64,000 nucleotides of DNA from a virus (Duplodnaviria > Caudoviricetes): the IMG/VR virus record IMGVR_UViG_3300037313_000574, positions 8,291 to 72,290 of that record; one strand, given 5' to 3'. How positions within the stretch are numbered: the stretch's first letter is position 1; every line of letters begins with the position of its first letter. Made by a program: the position numbers and the translations under genes. Positions 8,620 through 16,501 of this stretch are shown piece after piece. The notes under the pieces are model-generated. The model ran no database searches. It saw only the letters and a list, made by a program, of their open reading frames with translations, and was not told the DNA's origin.

Positions 8620-8761
8620 CAGCCTGGATGACCTTGAACTGGTCATGGCGATCGAGGATGAATTCGAGATCGATCTGCCGGATGAAGAAATCGAGGCAGC
8701 CAAGACCGTGCAGGACGTGTTCAACGTGGTAGCCAAGCACGCCGGCCAAAAGGCGGCGTGA
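8510..8761 (+). CDS. acpP: Acyl carrier protein
   Basis: Acidic 83 aa; [31 protein letters not shown]...TVQD with intact DSL phosphopantetheine serine; RBS AGGAGAAG. Confidence 0.9.
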   Translation: [83 protein letters not shown]

Positions 8762-8961
8762 TGCTGAAAAAGCTATTGGGGTTAGCCGTGCTGGGCGCCT
8801 TTGGTGCCGGTGGAAATTTTGCGATACAGGGCATGCGTGCTGGCGCATCCCTGCTTAGCGAAAGCCAGGCTCCTGCAAGGCGTCGCTCGCGCGGCACAGT
8901 GGCGCAGGCCAAGCGCGCCGCAATCAAGGCCCGTAACCGCGCGAGCAACAAGCGCAAGTAA
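8758..8961 (+). CDS. Small protein: hydrophobic N-terminus, basic C-terminus
   Basis: KKLLGLAVLGAFGAG...KRAAIKARNRASNKRK. Confidence 0.5.
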   Translation: MMLKKLLGLAVLGAFGAGGNFAIQGMRAGASLLSESQAPARRRSRGTVAQAKRAAIKARNRASNKRK

Positions 8962-8996
8962 CGATTTTTAACGCAGCACCAGACAAGGAGAAAGAA

Positions 8997-9287
8997 ATGT
9001 TTGACAAAGTATCTGCAGCGCAGCCCAAAACAACCGTGACCGCAGAAAGCAGCATGAGCGCCGCAATCTCTTTGCTCTCGTCGAAGATTGGCGAAGCGGA
9101 ATCGCAATTTGAATCGCTGGCAAATCGCTTGGAGCCGGTCCTGTCGCCCAGAGGGGGTGAGGAAGGGAGCGAGAGTCCATCGATCATTCCGAGTTGCGAA
9201 ATTGAAGGGCGGATTCTCTCGCTCGCACATCGCATTGATGTGCTGACGAACTTTATCCGGTCGAACCACCATCGCCTGTGCGTCTGA
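8997..9287 (+). CDS. Hypothetical protein
   Basis: RBS AGGAG; coiled-coil character. Confidence 0.55.
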   Translation: MFDKVSAAQPKTTVTAESSMSAAISLLSSKIGEAESQFESLANRLEPVLSPRGGEEGSESPSIIPSCEIEGRILSLAHRIDVLTNFIRSNHHRLCV

Positions 9288-9345
9288 ATATTCGATAAAC
9301 CCCGTGCCAGCCTTCTGGCTGACAAACCAACCAAAGGAAGAAATC

Positions 9346-9621
9346 ATGACCACTAAAAAATCGCAAACAACGAAGCTCAATCCCAACAACCTGCTGGATG
9401 CGCTGATCAAGAAGCTGCACCTGAAAAACGATGCTGCCCTGTCGCGCACGCTGGAAGTGGCGCCGCCCGTGGTGAGTAAGATCCGCCACGGCCGCTTGCC
9501 GGTAGGCGCATCGATGCTGATCCGTATGCACGAGCTCACCGAGCTGAGCATCCGCGAATTACGCGCGCTGATGGGCGACACCAAAGAAAAATTCCATCAC
9601 CGAAACGAGCTGGCGGCGTAA
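9346..9621 (+). CDS. Small HTH-like DNA-binding protein
   Basis: NPNNLLDALIKKLHLKNDAALSRTLEVAPPVVSKIRHGRLPVGASMLIRMHE; RBS AAGGAAG. Confidence 0.7.
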   Translation: MTTKKSQTTKLNPNNLLDALIKKLHLKNDAALSRTLEVAPPVVSKIRHGRLPVGASMLIRMHELTELSIRELRALMGDTKEKFHHRNELAA

Positions 9622-9876
9622 ATGCCGCGCAAGGGCCAATTCAAACCGCCCGTCCTGCCGCTGACTGAATCATGCGACATGGCCGTGCGGTCCATCGAGC
9701 GGCACGTCGAAGGCGTGGCCATTTTTATGGTTGGCGGGGAAGTGAAGGCGGTGAGAAAGTCGGCGCCATCGTTTGATAGCACGGTGGACCGACTGGCTTC
9801 CCACTTGGTTGGCATCTACAACCTGGGATTCGATCATCGCAACTTGCGTGCAGATATGGAGACTTTTTACCGATGA
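9622..9876 (+). CDS. Hypothetical protein
   Basis: Starts directly after the upstream TAA; ATGA overlap downstream. Confidence 0.5.
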   Translation: MPRKGQFKPPVLPLTESCDMAVRSIERHVEGVAIFMVGGEVKAVRKSAPSFDSTVDRLASHLVGIYNLGFDHRNLRADMETFYR

Positions 9877-10178
9877 CGGCTTGCACAAAAGTTGTACCGC
9901 TGTCCGGATGCTTGGCTATTCCGATGGTTGTGTTTGAGGACGAGCGGTATCAATTGCTCAGGCGATCGGAAAAACTTCTGCTGCTGGAGTTGTACGTGCA
10001 GTTCTTCGATACCATGCTGTTCACTGCAGAATTTCCGGATTCGGTCAGGAGCGTGCAATTGGCGAGATTAAAGCGACTCACGGAGATCGGCTTCCTGGTG
10101 GTGGACCATGAAATCAAGGCCCGGCGTGGTTACGGCCGGCGCGTATTCCGGTTCGCCTATGCGGCCGAAACGGATTGA
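9873..10178 (+). CDS. Hypothetical protein (winged-helix-like)
   Basis: LLLLELY...LARLKRLTEIGFLVV pattern. Confidence 0.5.
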   Translation: MTACTKVVPLSGCLAIPMVVFEDERYQLLRRSEKLLLLELYVQFFDTMLFTAEFPDSVRSVQLARLKRLTEIGFLVVDHEIKARRGYGRRVFRFAYAAETD

Positions 10179-10250
10179 ATCAAGAATTTAACGCAGGACT
10201 GGCCAGGCTGCACCAGACAAAGCAGCCACAAAACCAAGGGAATCAAAATC

Positions 10251-10631
10251 ATGAAAAAACAACTTTATTTCGTAGTGTCTGCAATCCTGATGGCTTTTGC
10301 ACTGGCCGGCTGCGGCAGCAAATCGGCAGAAGAAAAGATTCAAGCGCAAATCAAGGATAAGGTGCATGCCTTGACCGCCGATGAACGTCCGCGCGCAGTT
10401 GCCAATGCCAAGTCTTACTTTGAAAAGGAATTCCCGGTCATCGTCAATGGCCAGCGCGGAACCGATCGCGGCGTGTTCCTCGAATGCCGACCCTCGGACA
10501 GCAACTTCAACGGCTTGGTGACATGCAAGGGTCAGGTTCCCCAGCTGCAGGGTGGATTCAGGGAGGTGACACGCTATTGCGGCTACACGCCGGAACTCGT
10601 GGGATGTTCTGACGAGGACACGGTGAAATGA
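10251..10631 (+). CDS. Lipoprotein (signal peptidase II), possible superinfection-exclusion protein
   Basis: MKK-hydrophobic-LAGC lipobox; four further Cys in the mature domain. Confidence 0.75.
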   Translation: MKKQLYFVVSAILMAFALAGCGSKSAEEKIQAQIKDKVHALTADERPRAVANAKSYFEKEFPVIVNGQRGTDRGVFLECRPSDSNFNGLVTCKGQVPQLQGGFREVTRYCGYTPELVGCSDEDTVK

Positions 10632-10726
10632 CGGTCCTGAACATCCTGATCGGTGTCGGGGTGTTCGCTCTGCTGGCGGTCAGCTTCATTGCCGGCCGCC
10701 GCTTTGAGCGAACTTTTTGCAAATAG
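10628..10726 (+). CDS. Small membrane protein, 32 aa (not in ORF track)
   Basis: MTVLNILIGVGVFALLAVSFIAGRRFERTFCK; ATGA-coupled to the lipoprotein. Confidence 0.5.
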   Translation: MTVLNILIGVGVFALLAVSFIAGRRFERTFCK

Positions 10727-10741
10727 CAGATAGAGGCAGCC

Positions 10742-10951
10742 ATGAAATTTTCACTCAAATTGGCAGCGCTGGCCTTGAGTGGCCTGATCGCCGGCGCTGT
10801 ACAGCCGTTCACCTTGAACACGCATAACTGCATTGCCCCAGGCGGACGAAAGACCGGCCCGTTGACTCGGGAAGACCGGCGCGCGCTGGAGCGAGCCCAG
10901 CAAAAGCGCGAGCGCAAGGCAGCCAAGCGCCGCCGGGACATGGGCTTATAA
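10742..10951 (+). CDS. Small protein: signal-like N-terminus, basic tail
   Basis: MKFSLKLAALALSGLIAGAV...RRALERAQQKRERKAAKRRR; RBS GAGG. Confidence 0.55.
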   Translation: MKFSLKLAALALSGLIAGAVQPFTLNTHNCIAPGGRKTGPLTREDRRALERAQQKRERKAAKRRRDMGL

Positions 10952-10996
10952 CTTTTAACTACCCGGCCTTCGGGCCGACTCTTTTGGAGAACCCGC

Positions 10997-12052
10997 ATGA
11001 GCAATGAACAAGCCGCCGTCATGCAGCAGGACGTTATTGCGAAGATCGACGCATTGCTCGACGAAGCGCAGGAATATAACAAGTACGGTGGCAGCGAGGA
11101 TGCTGATGGCGGGCTTAATCCTGGCGTTGTCGATTGGGAGACGTTGCGCGCAGATATTCTGAGCGCGCTGCAATCCGCATTTGCGCCAGCAGTCGCACCA
11201 ACTCAATTAGCCGAGCCGATGACCAAATCCATGCAAGTCTTAATGGCAAGGCTTGCCAACCTGCTGGACGAGGATCAGTTTTCCGAGTGCGAACGGATCG
11301 TGACCGGGGCGGGAGCCGTGCAGCCTGTCAGCAGCAAAGTAGATTATGGGGCAACCATTACCCTTCCTTATTGTGAGGAATGCTGCAGGTTTGGTGGTGG
11401 GCACTGGAATTTTTGCAGTAAGGTGAAAGCCAGCAGCGCTGCACCGGCACAGTTCACACTATGCGCCCCATTTCTCGAAATGGATCAGCCGTGGACCGAG
11501 GAAACGAAAGCTGAGTTCGATGCTGCGCTTAGTGCCTATGAAACCACTTCTGCACCGGCACAGCCACAAGAGCCGCTGTATAGGAAAGTGAAAAAGCCTT
11601 ACTGCTACTGCTACCCAGCCGACCCATTGACAGGGAAAGGGCTGAGATACTGGCCTGTGGAAATCAATCCGGGCAGAACACCGCCAGAAGGGTGGAGCCA
11701 CATCGTCTACACAGAAATGTATGAACCTGTTGAATCTTCCCCTATCGCCCAGTCAGTCGCCCAGCCGGATGATGTGATCGAAGCCATGCGCGACGGCATA
11801 CCGCTAACAGAGCCAGTCCATATCGCTAAAGCTTTGCTGGCCCATTGTGAAGCAAGGGCGGTGCTCGCCGGCGGGACGGGGCCACTCGCCTGCGTAATGC
11901 TGGTGAATATCCAGATGACGCCTTGGATTCTCAACGAGGAGACAGCCAAAGCCTTTGCCCAAGGCTACAACAAAGCGCTGAAACAGCTTCGCGCCGCGCT
12001 GCTGGATTTTGCCACCAAAGGGAAGACCGCACCAGAAGCGGCGAAAAGCTGA
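10997..12052 (+). CDS. Modular Ea22-like early protein
   Basis: Patchwork of short domains joined by APAQ/AQP linkers; CEEC...HWNFC zinc-like motif; RBS GGAGA. Confidence 0.6.
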   Translation: MSNEQAAVMQQDVIAKIDALLDEAQEYNKYGGSEDADGGLNPGVVDWETLRADILSALQSAFAPAVAPTQLAEPMTKSMQVLMARLANLLDEDQFSECERIVTGAGAVQPVSSKVDYGATITLPYCEECCRFGGGHWNFCSKVKASSAAPAQFTLCAPFLEMDQPWTEETKAEFDAALSAYETTSAPAQPQEPLYRKVKKPYCYCYPADPLTGKGLRYWPVEINPGRTPPEGWSHIVYTEMYEPVESSPIAQSVAQPDDVIEAMRDGIPLTEPVHIAKALLAHCEARAVLAGGTGPLACVMLVNIQMTPWILNEETAKAFAQGYNKALKQLRAALLDFATKGKTAPEAAKS

Positions 12053-12159
12053 CGTCGGTAATACCGATGGCAGGTCGAAGCGCGCCGGAGGCAGACGCAT
12101 TACCAAGCAATAAATAGTAGTCCCCGGCAGTATTTATCCACCAACCAGAAGGAAAGACA

Positions 12160-12507
12160 ATGAGCACTGAACAAATCACCAACGACGAAATCAATGGTCA
12201 CGACAGCGCGGACCTGATCGCGGTAGCACCGGCCAGCGGCGACCAGCAGCCGGAATTGCAGGCGGCGGATCCTGATGCGCGGCAGATCGCCAACCTAGCA
12301 GCCGTGGCGCAGATGGCCGATGACTTCGCCAAGAAGGTCAAGGAAACTCGCGCGCAGGCATTCATGGCCATTATCCTGACAGCAGACGGCCAGCTTGCCA
12401 CGATGGAAACGCACCCGCGCGGCTCGGTGGCACCGTTCGATGACATCGATGCCCTGCTGGACAGCAAATGCACGCCGGCGGACAGCGCCGCGCCGACGGA
12501 GCATTGA
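12160..12507 (+). CDS. Hypothetical protein
   Basis: RBS GAAGGA; TGATG overlap with the next gene. Confidence 0.55.
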   Translation: MSTEQITNDEINGHDSADLIAVAPASGDQQPELQAADPDARQIANLAAVAQMADDFAKKVKETRAQAFMAIILTADGQLATMETHPRGSVAPFDDIDALLDSKCTPADSAAPTEH

Positions 12508-12791
12508 TGCGCGCTCCCTGGCTGCAGTCGCTGCACCTGGCCGCCCTGCTATCAGGCGGGGTGGCTTCCTGGCTGGTGCAAGCGCTCATCTTCATTTCCG
12601 GTGCTGCGGCGATCTGGATGACGCAATCGGATAGCGCGGTGCTGCGCCAGTGGGCGCCGGTTATTGGTCTGGCTGGCCAGCCGTTCTGGCTGTACACGAC
12701 CATCAAGGCCCAGCAGTTCGGCATGACGTTGCTGACCCTGATCTATACGGCAGCCTGGATCAAGGGCGTGTTTGCGTTGCTGGCAGGGTGA
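12507..12791 (+). CDS. Small multi-pass membrane protein
   Basis: Three hydrophobic segments; WAPVIGLAGQPFWLY motif. Confidence 0.6.
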   Translation: MRAPWLQSLHLAALLSGGVASWLVQALIFISGAAAIWMTQSDSAVLRQWAPVIGLAGQPFWLYTTIKAQQFGMTLLTLIYTAAWIKGVFALLAG

Positions 12792-12794
12792 GCG

Positions 12795-13298
12795 GTGACA
12801 AAGGCGGCACGATGGAGCCCGGCGCAGCTTGCCAACTTCGAGGCGAAGAAGGCAGCCGTCGCCGCGCTGCGCAGTAGCGCCGCCGCCCAATTAGCCGAGC
12901 AGAAGGCCAAGCGGCACGCAGACCCCGCCATCAATGACCAGCTGCGGGAAAGCGCCATTCAGTGCGCGTTCATCGACTGGGTGCATGCGCAAGAGGTGCT
13001 GGACTGGCGCCTGCGCCTGCTGTTCGCCGTTCCCAATGGCGGCAAGCGCGGTATCAAGACGGCGATCACGATGAAGGCCGAGGGCCAGCGCGCCGGGGTG
13101 TGCGACATCCTGCTGCCCTACCCTGCCGGCGGCTTCGCTGGGCTTGCCATGGAGTTCAAGAGCAAGGACGGCACGACCAGCGACGCGCAGGACCAGTACA
13201 TGGAAGATCTGCAGCGGGCAGGCTGGCGCGTCGAGGTAGTGCGATCGACCTTGGGCGCAATTGAGATCGTTAAAGAATACCTGGCGGCGGATACATGA
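12795..13298 (+). CDS. VRR-NUC domain nuclease (Holliday-junction-resolvase-like)
   Basis: ESAIQ...FAVPNGGKR...KAEGQRAGVCDI...LAMEFKSKDGTTSDAQ...GWRVEVVRS. Confidence 0.85.
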   Translation: MTKAARWSPAQLANFEAKKAAVAALRSSAAAQLAEQKAKRHADPAINDQLRESAIQCAFIDWVHAQEVLDWRLRLLFAVPNGGKRGIKTAITMKAEGQRAGVCDILLPYPAGGFAGLAMEFKSKDGTTSDAQDQYMEDLQRAGWRVEVVRSTLGAIEIVKEYLAADT

Positions 13299-13301
13299 AA
13301 A

Positions 13302-13335
13302 ATTGCCGGGGTGATGCAAAAGTCTCCATTAGTAT
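13302..13335 (+). promoter_or_regulatory. Candidate activator-dependent promoter, copy 1
   Basis: ATTGCCGGGGTGAT, identical to 40073-40086; TAGTAT lies 21 nt after TTGCCG. Confidence 0.4.
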
Positions 13336-13369
13336 GCAAAAAACCAATCGCACAGGGGCGATTTAAAAA

Positions 13370-13924
13370 ATGGCAATTTTTAAAACGTCAGGCCAGGCTA
13401 TCCATTTTTCGTATGTCATCCAGGCATACGACGCATCCCCGCAATCGCAGATGGCCATCATTATGCGCAACGGCGTGCGGCAGATGGACCGCAGTGACGC
13501 CAGCAGCGGCCCAAAAATCAATTTCGGTGGCCTGACCCCGCTGGAGGTACGCGGCCAGTGCGCCATGATCCGCGCATGCGTGCAGGATCACCTGCAGCCC
13601 AGGGAGGCATGGGCACTGGAGGCACGCTATTCCCGCGACCGCGACACCAAACGCTTCGCCATCCGCGAGCTGGCCAATTACTACGGCCCGGTGCTGGGTA
13701 TCAGCGCCGACCTGGTGCTGGCCCTGATGTGGCGCCAGCATGTGGAAAAAAGCCGGCAAAAGGATTTTTCGCTGCGGGCGATCGCCAGTGACTATTCGGT
13801 GCCCTACTCCACCGTGCAGCGCGCCGCCAAGGCGCTGGATGAACACTTGCACGCGCTGGAAGGCATGGCGCTGTCGAATCTACATGGCCGGTTCGTTGAG
13901 GCTGGCGTGATCGAGCAGGGGTGA
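13370..13924 (+). CDS. Putative late-gene regulator (Q/late-activator position; C-terminal HTH)
   Basis: C-terminal SLRAIASDYSVPYSTVQRA HTH; lies after VRR-NUC and before the late promoter. Confidence 0.55.
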   Translation: MAIFKTSGQAIHFSYVIQAYDASPQSQMAIIMRNGVRQMDRSDASSGPKINFGGLTPLEVRGQCAMIRACVQDHLQPREAWALEARYSRDRDTKRFAIRELANYYGPVLGISADLVLALMWRQHVEKSRQKDFSLRAIASDYSVPYSTVQRAAKALDEHLHALEGMALSNLHGRFVEAGVIEQG

Positions 13925-13926
13925 GT

Positions 13927-14268
13927 ATGAAAAAAGAATTGCTAGAGCTGGCTGCAAAGGCGGCCGGAATCGTGATCGTCAAGCACCCTACTGGAGGCTT
14001 CGAGCATAGTGATAGCGGATACCTGACAATTCAAACACCTGGCTATCGCGGTCTGAAAGGCTGGAACCCACTCACCGATGACGGCGACGCGCTGCGGCTG
14101 GCTGCAACGCTTCTGATCAATGTGAACCAAGATGGCAACATCGTTGAGGCTTATGGCGCGTCACGGGGGCGGGACCACTTCTGCACAGAGCAAGCGTCCC
14201 CCGATAGGCTGGCCGCCACCCGTCGCGCTATCGTTCGAGCGGCCGCAGAGATTGGTAAAAGCAAATAA
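13927..14268 (+). CDS. Conserved phage hypothetical protein
   Basis: ELLELAAKAAG...WNPLTDDGDALRLA...ATRRAIVRAAAEIG. Confidence 0.65.
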   Translation: MKKELLELAAKAAGIVIVKHPTGGFEHSDSGYLTIQTPGYRGLKGWNPLTDDGDALRLAATLLINVNQDGNIVEAYGASRGRDHFCTEQASPDRLAATRRAIVRAAAEIGKSK

Positions 14269-14273
14269 GGAGC

Positions 14274-14690
14274 ATGATGGACCATTTCGGCATCGGCGCA
14301 GCAATGCGTGGCATCACACAAATCTACATCCAGTCGGCGCGCAGGACCGGCCGCACCACATCACTGGTGGAAAGCGTTAAGAACGGCGACCGCATCATTT
14401 TCGTTGACAACAACGAAGCGGAACGCGTGAAGCGCCTATGTTTGGAACGTGGCGTGAAGGTGGAATGCATTGTTATTGACCCGAAGAAGCCTGGGGATGT
14501 GTTCAAGCGCGGAACGCCGGAGGGGCGCACGCTGTTCGATCATTCATGGGTTGAGCAATACTACGTGAACGCCATTGAGTTTGCCAAGAATGATATTGAC
14601 CGCCTTCAGCAGCAGACATCCTGCTATGGCGAGGCGCACCGCGAAACACGCCGGCGCGCAGAAGAAGAATTAGCGAAGTGGAATATATGA
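14274..14690 (+). CDS. Small P-loop-like protein
   Basis: ARRTGRTTSL Walker-A-like; LFDHSW Walker-B-like; RBS AGGAG. Confidence 0.6.
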   Translation: MMDHFGIGAAMRGITQIYIQSARRTGRTTSLVESVKNGDRIIFVDNNEAERVKRLCLERGVKVECIVIDPKKPGDVFKRGTPEGRTLFDHSWVEQYYVNAIEFAKNDIDRLQQQTSCYGEAHRETRRRAEEELAKWNI

Positions 14691-14953
14691 AGGAGTCTAT
14701 TGTGCGCGAGTACCATCTTGACGATGCTGCGGCCCTGCTCGACGCTGAACTGCCGGATTGGGCCTGGGAGTTCGCCAGGATTCGGAACCCGCGACACATG
14801 AGCCACCCGATGGGGGAAGGTGTATGTCTGACACTGATCAGCCAGGACGGCAAGCTGCGCGTGTTTGAAAAGCATGGCTCATCAGCACTTGAGTCTGCCA
14901 GAAAGGCAATTCCGCGCGCTCGCGCTCGCATGGCTGGGGATAGTGGCGCATGA
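14687..14953 (+). CDS. Hypothetical protein
   Basis: ATGA overlaps both sides. Confidence 0.5.
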   Translation: MKESIVREYHLDDAAALLDAELPDWAWEFARIRNPRHMSHPMGEGVCLTLISQDGKLRVFEKHGSSALESARKAIPRARARMAGDSGA

Positions 14954-15285
14954 ATATCAATTACAAGGTCGACACCAATATCCTGGAAAATGGCGACATT
15001 GAGCAAATCACATCAATGCAAGCGCTCATTAACGACAAGGCGGAAATAATCACTCGCCAGTTGGTCCATATGCGGGATGCTGGTGTGCGCGATGCGCTGA
15101 TCCAGCTGGGATGGGCGCCGCCGGAAGTCGCCAGTGATATCGAGCACCTGCGTAAGCGTGTTGCCGATCTCGAAGGCGGATTGCGCTACGCAATCAAGGA
15201 AGCGGACGACTGGTATGACTATGGCAATGGCGGCAAGATTAAAACCGCAGAAATGGACTCCGCTCGTAAGCTTGTTGAGTGGTAA
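14950..15285 (+). CDS. Hypothetical protein
   Basis: Last ORF before the late promoter. Confidence 0.5.
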   Translation: MNINYKVDTNILENGDIEQITSMQALINDKAEIITRQLVHMRDAGVRDALIQLGWAPPEVASDIEHLRKRVADLEGGLRYAIKEADDWYDYGNGGKIKTAEMDSARKLVEW

Positions 15286-15315
15286 GGGCGCGTTGCAACA
15301 CCACCGGAAAATAAT

Positions 15316-15344
15316 TTGCACCCCTGAATCAGAATGTGCATAAT
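15316..15344 (+). promoter_or_regulatory. Sigma70-type late promoter (pR'-like)
   Basis: TTGCAC(15316-21)-17 nt-CATAAT(15339-44) in the intergenic gap before the structural genes. Confidence 0.6.
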
Positions 15345-15388
15345 TTTCCCATCCTAGCAGTTCTGCCCCCGTAAGAATTGCACAGGCG

Positions 15389-15411
15389 GCCCGCTCATAA
15401 GGCGGGCTTTT
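15389..15411 (+). terminator. Intrinsic terminator/attenuator just after the late promoter (tR'-like)
   Basis: GCCCGC-tcataag-GCGGGC then TTTTAATTT. Confidence 0.55.
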
Positions 15412-15419
15412 AATTTCCG

Positions 15420-15790
15420 CGCCAAGCCTAGAACACCGGGGGTTCTCGGCAGTGCTGGCACGACAGTGCGATGCTTAAACAGGCGCGGTCCATCTGATAG
15501 GTCGGGCTTACGCCGGATGTGGCAATGTTGCAGGCGGTAGCTTGGGGCTGGCAATCCCTTAATCGAGTCAATTAGCCTTATACGATACGCGCAAGATACA
15601 GCGGCGAGTGAACCTAGGCTCGCTCAGCTTCAGTGAGCGCCGAATAGCAGACGTACAGCCTAACGTCGCCGGACGCTGTAACCGGCACAATTTCTGGAGA
15701 TCAGCTATGGGCGGCGACGCAAGCATTGAAGGCTGGGATTTGTGACTGACGCCGAATACTGGCGCAGGATCGGGCCAATACCAAAGGTGA
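15420..15790 (+). ncRNA. Candidate structured non-coding RNA / late leader
   Basis: No credible + ORF for ~500 nt; AGCCTAG(15425-31)/CTAGGCT(15614-20); hairpins CGCTCA/TGAGCG (15621-39) and GCCGG/CCGGC (15668-86). Confidence 0.4.
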
Positions 15791-15793
15791 CAC

Positions 15794-16000
15794 ATGCTTG
15801 ATGCAGAAGAAGCGCGGCTGACCGAGTTCGGTACGGTAACGATTCGCCCAGACGGAATTGTCGTTGAAGGATTCAGCGCTGAAAATGGCACATGCCGCGA
15901 TGTTGCTGCGCTCGCCACTCTATGGGCGATCGGGAGGCTGCAAGAAGAACTGATGAAAACGCTTGAGCGACCGGGTGGCGGCAATATCTGCGTTGGGTAG
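15794..16000 (+). CDS. Hypothetical protein
   Basis: RBS AAAGGTG; first late ORF. Confidence 0.55.
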   Translation: MLDAEEARLTEFGTVTIRPDGIVVEGFSAENGTCRDVAALATLWAIGRLQEELMKTLERPGGGNICVG

Positions 16001-16098
16001 ATTGAGTCGATTCCGAAGATGTGATTTGTGGGGCGCAAGACTGCAAGACAAAACCCCTATTCCGGCCCGCAAGGGTGCTTTTAACTTATAGGTGAAAT

Positions 16099-16359
16099 AT
16101 GTCTGTAGTCGCAAAAATGCAGTGCCACATGAATGAATCCCGCCCACAGAGTGATCCGGAGCAGCCGCATCTGTCACAAATCCGCTTGGGTGGTGTATGG
16201 GAAGGGTCAACCGAAAAGCAGCGGGCAAGTGAGAATGCGATTTTCGGCCATTGGACGCCGAGTGCATCCGTAGATATGAGTATCCGTAACCCGGAAGCGG
16301 CGGATTTTTTCAAGCCCGGCAAGAAGTATTACGTGACCTTCACCGAAGCGCCTGATTAA
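16099..16359 (+). CDS. Conserved phage hypothetical protein
   Basis: MSVVAKMQC...WTPSASVDMSIRNPEAADFFKPGKKYYVTFTEA. Confidence 0.65.
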   Translation: MSVVAKMQCHMNESRPQSDPEQPHLSQIRLGGVWEGSTEKQRASENAIFGHWTPSASVDMSIRNPEAADFFKPGKKYYVTFTEAPD

Positions 16360-16501
16360 TTAATAAGAAGGCGGCGCCGGCCGCTATCAACAATCAAAGC
16401 CCGATACGGTTAATCCCGGTCGGGCTATTTCGTTTGGCCGATCGTATCGGCACGGCGGCCATCGCAGCAATGCGCTTGGCCGTTATTTATTTGAGGACGC
16501 A

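Noticed and set aside
15655-15710. Twister or hammerhead self-cleaving ribozyme in the late leader
   Set aside because: CCTAA...GCCGG...CCGGC superficially recalls twister, but the pseudoknot partners and the CUGANGA/GAAA hammerhead core are absent
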